Shown here: piece by piece, positions 60,201 to 64,000 of the stretch
How the letters are laid out: each line of letters opens with the position of its first letter
How positions within the stretch are numbered: position 1 is the stretch's first letter
DNA from: Polyangiales bacterium
Lineage (GTDB): Bacteria; Myxococcota_A; Polyangia; Polyangiales; Ga0077539
DNA: 64,000 nucleotides
Reading direction: 5' to 3'
Assembly (NCBI GenBank): GCA_044229975.1
Contig: JBGARZ010000012.1
Span: 192,001 to 256,000, forward strand
Position numbers and translations under genes: made by a program
The notes under the pieces: model-generated
Told to the model about the DNA's origin: nothing
The model's database searches: none
What the model saw: only the letters and a program-made list of their open reading frames with translations

Positions 60201-60754
60201 CGGGGAGCTTCGGCACCGTCGCGACGCGCACGACGGTCAACTACAAGTCCGCGGCGTGGACGGCGGTGCGCGGCGCCGACCTGATGGTGCAGACCGAGGA
60301 CTACTCCTTCGGGTTTCGCACGCTGCTCGGCAACCAGAGCTTCGGCGCGTACATCGGCGCGACCTGGCCCTCGACCTGCGGAACCTCCTGGACCCGCTCG
60401 GGCGCCGACTTCGCCACGGGCCTCACGGCGACGCAGCAGCGGGCGTTCAACTTCGGGCTGCGCGCGCTCGACAGCAACTGCTCGTGCTTCCCGGGCTGCA
60501 ACGAGAATGTCGCGGTGGGCTTCCTCGCGGCGGAGTGCTGCTGGGTCAACGGCCTGGGCAATACGCCCGGCGGCCAGGCGTCGTGGCTCACCCACGACCT
60601 CTCGCTGCTGCGTGCCTCGCGCATCACCGCGGTGGCCTGCACCGCGGGCACCTACCCGTGCAACGCCAACGGACTCACCATCAGCGCGTCGGGCGAATGC
60701 TACGAGTACGACAACACCTGCAAGTCCCGCTACGCGCTCGTCTACGTGCGCTGA
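57281..60754 (+). CDS. Cys-rich repeat (Stig1/MXAN_6577-like) lipoprotein with C-terminal fibrinogen/intelectin-like domain
   Basis: Lipobox VGC; 19 CGxC...C repeats counted; SC...SGEY...VYCEMTLNDGGWTL. Confidence 0.88.
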   Translation: MTPSWHRAIALLALLGVASSVGCTDALSVVGGPTSDASTTIDVASDITSTFDAPDTFDAPDVPRETRCGPAEQNCNNVCVDLASNATNCGACGLACGTRQVCLAGSCQDSCPPGQLTCAGHCVEPTTDRESCGSCGNRCVGDTVCAGGRCVDSCAVPAPDAGDAAAPATLTECRPVEGVRLCANLDNDRTNCGACNVRCPLGQTCYAGRCSVLCPAGQTFCTDRCVDVRSDSRNCGTCGNACPAGNVCSEGRCQVSCPASLTNCDGACRDAQNDSSNCGSCGTTCSAGQLCVAGTCRLSCPSGQTACGGACVNTTTDRSHCGACDNACPAGNVCSMGACALVCAAPLALCSGACADPRIDPTNCGSCGNACATGQVCRDGACVVSCPVGQTNCSGVCRDTDGDPAHCGACGNACPAGQVCSMGGCRFLCPVGQTVCAGTCVSTATDRDHCGMCGRVCPTSNVCSAGTCSLTCAAPLTRCGSGDTAGCVDPRVDSGNCGACGNVCPAGQVCQSGTCTVTCPPGQSICSGACRDLSSDIANCGACGSACAAGQICVGRSCVLSCPTGQTDCSGRCVSLQTDRDHCGACTTVCPTGNVCSGGACSLVCAAPLTLCAAGCADTRIDPVNCGSCGTLCAAGQACREGSCTITCPPGQTNCSGVCRDLNTDLAHCGGCGIACPAGQLCAVGTCRVSCPPGQTNCSGTCRDTASDPANCGACGTACPAGQVCGSGTCRLSCPAGQAACGSACVSTTTDRDNCGGCGTRCPTGNVCVASACVLDCASPLTRCGSGLTAACVDTRLDPANCGTCGTVCAAGRTCQSSACVVTCPPGQTNCSGTCRDTAVDGSNCGACGTVCGAGRVCAAGSCTSSCMSGQTTCGGSCVNAQTDDANCGTCGTVCSGATSCVAGACVPYVSCNALHVGRPALPSGEYDIAPVSSGSSVRVYCEMTLNDGGWTLIGSVVNGGTRAWSTLETFRDAGSFGTVATRTTVNYKSAAWTAVRGADLMVQTEDYSFGFRTLLGNQSFGAYIGATWPSTCGTSWTRSGADFATGLTATQQRAFNFGLRALDSNCSCFPGCNENVAVGFLAAECCWVNGLGNTPGGQASWLTHDLSLLRASRITAVACTAGTYPCNANGLTISASGECYEYDNTCKSRYALVYVR

Positions 60755-60770
60755 CTCTCTCCTCTCATCA

Positions 60771-62750
60771 TCAGTGACCGCAGCCGTCGCGCGGCGGGGT
60801 GATCACCCGGCGCGGCGGCGGCAGCAGCCCTGACGTTCGCGGTGTGAGCGTCACGTCGCGGGTCTCGTCGACGCTCAGCGTGGCGCGCGAGAAGTCGGCG
60901 CGCGTGCTGTGCAGCTCGGCCTCGACGCGGAGACGCACGCGGTTGTCGCGCACGATGGCGTCGAAGACGTCCATGGGGATGTCGCGCGGGGCGACGAGGT
61001 ATCCGCTCCAGGTGCCGTCGTTGCCGCCGCCGAGAGCGTCCCAGCGGTCGAGGGGGATGCGGGCGGTGGTTCCGGGCACCGAGAGGGTGGCGACCTGCGG
61101 GAGGTTGCGGAGCGATCGACCGCCTTGACCGACGTCGAAGGACAGCGCGTAGCTCAGTGTGTGCACGGCGGGGAAGGCCGTGACGCGGAGTGTTTCGATG
61201 GCGAGCGAGTCGGGCGCGAGGGCGGCCTGGTGCACGTCGATGACGCCATCGGAGTCGGCGTCGCCGAGACCGACCTCGGCCCAGAAGACGTCGTCGCGGA
61301 CGTCGTCGTTGAGGGTGCTCGCGTTGGCCATGAGGGTGCCGGCCCACTGCATGGTTCCGCCCGCGTCGGTGTAGCGATCGGTGGCGCCGAAGGTGTGACC
61401 GAGCTCGTGGGCGAGCAGCGACGGCATGAGGGAGTTTTGCGCGATGCGCTGCGTGCGGAAGACCATGCCGCCATAGGGGCCGAGGTCGACGGTGGGCGAG
61501 TAGACGAGGGTGCGGTCGTGGTCCTGATCGAAGCCGCGGAGGCAGCCGCGCGCCTGGAGCCACGCCTCGGTCTGGCGGTGCAGCACCTCCGGGGCGACGC
61601 TACCGGATGGTAGGCCGATGGTGGCGCTGCGGAGCCCGGCGAGAACGGTCCAGCGCCACGACACGGCGGGGCGGCCGATGCGGGCGGTGGAGACGCGGCT
61701 GTACCAGTGCTCGATCTCGTCGAGGCCGAGCTCGGCGCGGAGCTCGGCGGAGCGGTCAGTGCAGGGGTCGGCGGCGGGGGCATGGGTGTCGTCGACGAGC
61801 ACGAGCAGCACACGCTGCGGACCCGCGAGGGGCGTCGCAGAGAAGGCCACGGAGGTGAGGCCGCGGAGACAACGGCCGTCGCTGCACACGCCGCCGCCGG
61901 CGCAGTCCGACGACACGCAGCACTGCGCGGCCGGGTAGAACACCCCGCCGCAACACCTCGCCTCGCCGTAGTTGCCGCTGGGCCCGGCGATGAACTCCGG
62001 AAACCACCGCTCGCCGCAGTGCAGACCCTGGTTGTCGGGATAGCGCACCGGGATGAAGAGGGGCCATCCGCCGCGGGTGTCGACGCCGTCGATGCCGACG
62101 GTGGCCGCGACCTGTCGCCCCGGGTCGAGCGCGTTGCCGATGGTGGCGCGCATGTGCACGGTGACCTGCACCGAAGCGCCCGCGGCGACCGTGTGGGTCG
62201 ATGCGGAGGCGGGCTCTTCGGACTCGATGACCCACCCGTTGAGGGGGCTGACGTGCCATGTGAGCGAGCGCTCGGATGGAGAGGTGTTGCGGATGGAGAA
62301 CACCACGGTCTGCGAGGCGCCGATGGGGGCGTCGGTGGGGAGGGTGATGGCGGAGCGTTCCCAGCCGTCGCGGTCGTAGGTGCCCGTGACGATGGGAGGC
62401 GCGGCGAAGCAGACACCCGCGCGCACCTCGCCGTGGCAACGGAGGGCGTACTCGGCGGCGACGCATGGCGCGTGGCAGAGGCCCGCGGGGTCGAGGAGGC
62501 CGTCACAGGCGGTTCCGGCGGCGCAGCGGGTGGCGGGGACATCGGTGACGGGAGGGACGTCGGTGACGGGAGGGACATCGGTGACGGGAGGGACGTCGGT
62601 AGAGGGTGGGTGGTCGACTGGCACATCGACCGGCACGGGGACGTCTGTGTCACCGCCCGCGTCGGGTTGAGCCGTGGGCGGCGGGGACGTGGAGTCGCCG
62701 CATCCGTGGATGATCGTCGCGAGAACCAGGGTCGTCAGCGCTGTCTTCAT
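60771..62750 (-). CDS. Lipoprotein with zinc-metallopeptidase motif
   Basis: MKTALTTLVLATIIHGC; TDVPPV repeats; LAHELGHTFGATD and downstream TLM Met-turn. Confidence 0.8.
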   Translation of the reverse strand: MKTALTTLVLATIIHGCGDSTSPPPTAQPDAGGDTDVPVPVDVPVDHPPSTDVPPVTDVPPVTDVPPVTDVPATRCAAGTACDGLLDPAGLCHAPCVAAEYALRCHGEVRAGVCFAAPPIVTGTYDRDGWERSAITLPTDAPIGASQTVVFSIRNTSPSERSLTWHVSPLNGWVIESEEPASASTHTVAAGASVQVTVHMRATIGNALDPGRQVAATVGIDGVDTRGGWPLFIPVRYPDNQGLHCGERWFPEFIAGPSGNYGEARCCGGVFYPAAQCCVSSDCAGGGVCSDGRCLRGLTSVAFSATPLAGPQRVLLVLVDDTHAPAADPCTDRSAELRAELGLDEIEHWYSRVSTARIGRPAVSWRWTVLAGLRSATIGLPSGSVAPEVLHRQTEAWLQARGCLRGFDQDHDRTLVYSPTVDLGPYGGMVFRTQRIAQNSLMPSLLAHELGHTFGATDRYTDAGGTMQWAGTLMANASTLNDDVRDDVFWAEVGLGDADSDGVIDVHQAALAPDSLAIETLRVTAFPAVHTLSYALSFDVGQGGRSLRNLPQVATLSVPGTTARIPLDRWDALGGGNDGTWSGYLVAPRDIPMDVFDAIVRDNRVRLRVEAELHSTRADFSRATLSVDETRDVTLTPRTSGLLPPPRRVITPPRDGCGH

Positions 62751-62954
62751 GAGGACACCTCCGTGTCGATGTGGAGGTGCGAAGCAACGCGAAGGCCAAC
62801 GCGGAGGAGAGCGACGGAGGCGGGAGTCGGGACGACGTGCCGCAGGGCGATGAGGGTAGGGCGGTGTGCCAGGTTGGGGCGGCCCTATCGAGGTAGTCGC
62901 GCCGTGGCTACCGACTTGCACCTCTTCTCTACCAGATGGTAAGGACGCGCCGCG

Positions 62955-63614
62955 ATGGCGACGAGCGAGAGGAGCGAGGTGCGGGCGGCGGTCGTTCGTG
63001 AGGCCACGCGGCTCTTCGCCGAGCGCGGCTTCGACGGGACGGCGTTGCAGGACATCGCGGCCGCCGTCGGCGTCTCCAAGCCCGCCGTGCTGCACTACTT
63101 CCCCTCCAAGGAGCACGTTCGCGACGCGGTGCTCGATGGGTTTCTCGCCCACTGGAAGGAGGCGCTCCCGCGGCTGCTCTTCGCCGCGCCGACGGGCGTC
63201 GGGCGCTTCGAGGCCATCTTCGGGGCGGTGCGGCAGTTCTTCGCCGATGACCCCGATCGCTCGCGGCTGATGCTGCGCGAGATGCTCGATCGACCCGACG
63301 CGCTCCGCGCCCTCTTGCGCGAGGCGGTGCGGCCCTGGCTCGCCGCCATCGCGGGCTTCATCCGCGCGGGGCAAGCGGGCGGGACGCACCACCCCGACCT
63401 CGACCCCGAAGCCTATCTCCTCCAGATGCTCCAGATCACCATCGCGGCGGGGGTCTCCAACACCGTGCTGCCGGTGGCGCTCGACGACGACCTCGCCAAG
63501 GGCCGCGCCCGCAGCGACCGCGAGCTCGACCGCATCGCCCGCACCGCCCTCTTCGTCACCATCGACCCGAAGCCCACCACCGCACCCAAGAAGCGCCGCC
63601 CTTCCAAGCGGTAA
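62955..63614 (+). CDS. TetR-family regulator
   Basis: LFAERGFDGTALQDIAAAVGVSKPAVLHYFPSKE. Confidence 0.93.
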   Translation: MATSERSEVRAAVVREATRLFAERGFDGTALQDIAAAVGVSKPAVLHYFPSKEHVRDAVLDGFLAHWKEALPRLLFAAPTGVGRFEAIFGAVRQFFADDPDRSRLMLREMLDRPDALRALLREAVRPWLAAIAGFIRAGQAGGTHHPDLDPEAYLLQMLQITIAAGVSNTVLPVALDDDLAKGRARSDRELDRIARTALFVTIDPKPTTAPKKRRPSKR

Positions 63615-63628
63615 GGACAACACCCCCA

Positions 63629-64000
63629 ATGGCCAGCTTCCTCACGGACAACGACGACCTACGGTTCTATCTGGAGCGCGGACTCGACTGGGACTCGCTG
63701 GTCGAAGTCACCGAGTACGGGTACCGCACGCCCGACGGGTACAAAGACCCGGCCGAGGCGCGGAAGTCCTACGCCGAGATCGCGACCATGATGGGCGAGC
63801 TCGTCGCCAAGGAGCTCGGTCCGCGCGCCGCGCGCATCGACCGCGAGGACAACACCCTCGAAGACGGCGAGGTGCGGGAGGGCGCTTCGATGGCTGCTTT
63901 CTTCGCGGCGCTCAAGGACGCTGAGGTGCACCGGCTGTGCATTCCGCGCGAGCTCGGCGGGCTCAACGCGCCGCTCACGCTGTACTTCCTCATCGCCGAG
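63629..64000 (+). CDS. Acyl-CoA dehydrogenase, 5' part (runs off window)
   Basis: MASFLTDNDDLRFYL...IPRELGGLNAP; AAGGA RBS; frame open to window end. Confidence 0.75.
   Translation, partial: MASFLTDNDDLRFYLERGLDWDSLVEVTEYGYRTPDGYKDPAEARKSYAEIATMMGELVAKELGPRAARIDREDNTLEDGEVREGASMAAFFAALKDAEVHRLCIPRELGGLNAPLTLYFLIAE

Overview
High-GC window, probably from a Myxococcota (Polyangia-like) chromosome. That is inferred from three Ser/Thr kinases, FHA/sigma54 proteins, a PEGA protein and Cys-rich lipoproteins. Housekeeping genes include lon, pheS and pheT. The main accessory feature is a complete integron at about 46.2-57.1 kb: intI, a recognisable attI, four near-identical 91-bp attC sites, one short attC and progressively decayed attC remnants. 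Its roughly nine cassettes include Imm26-like, SMI1/KNR4-like, GIY-YIG-like and EamA+GNAT genes, an ORF-less cassette, and a VOC gene split by an intact IS66 with an 8-bp target duplication. Other notable signals are an orphan sigma54 promoter with upstream palindromes driving a probable small RNA with a CCUCC/C-rich loop beside lon, a coupled ABC-ATPase + TOPRIM-like pair, an Rpn-like gene with an internal RBS+ATG, two perfect palindromes between attI and intI, and an intelectin-like Cys-repeat lipoprotein. All product calls come from motifs read by eye; no searches were run.
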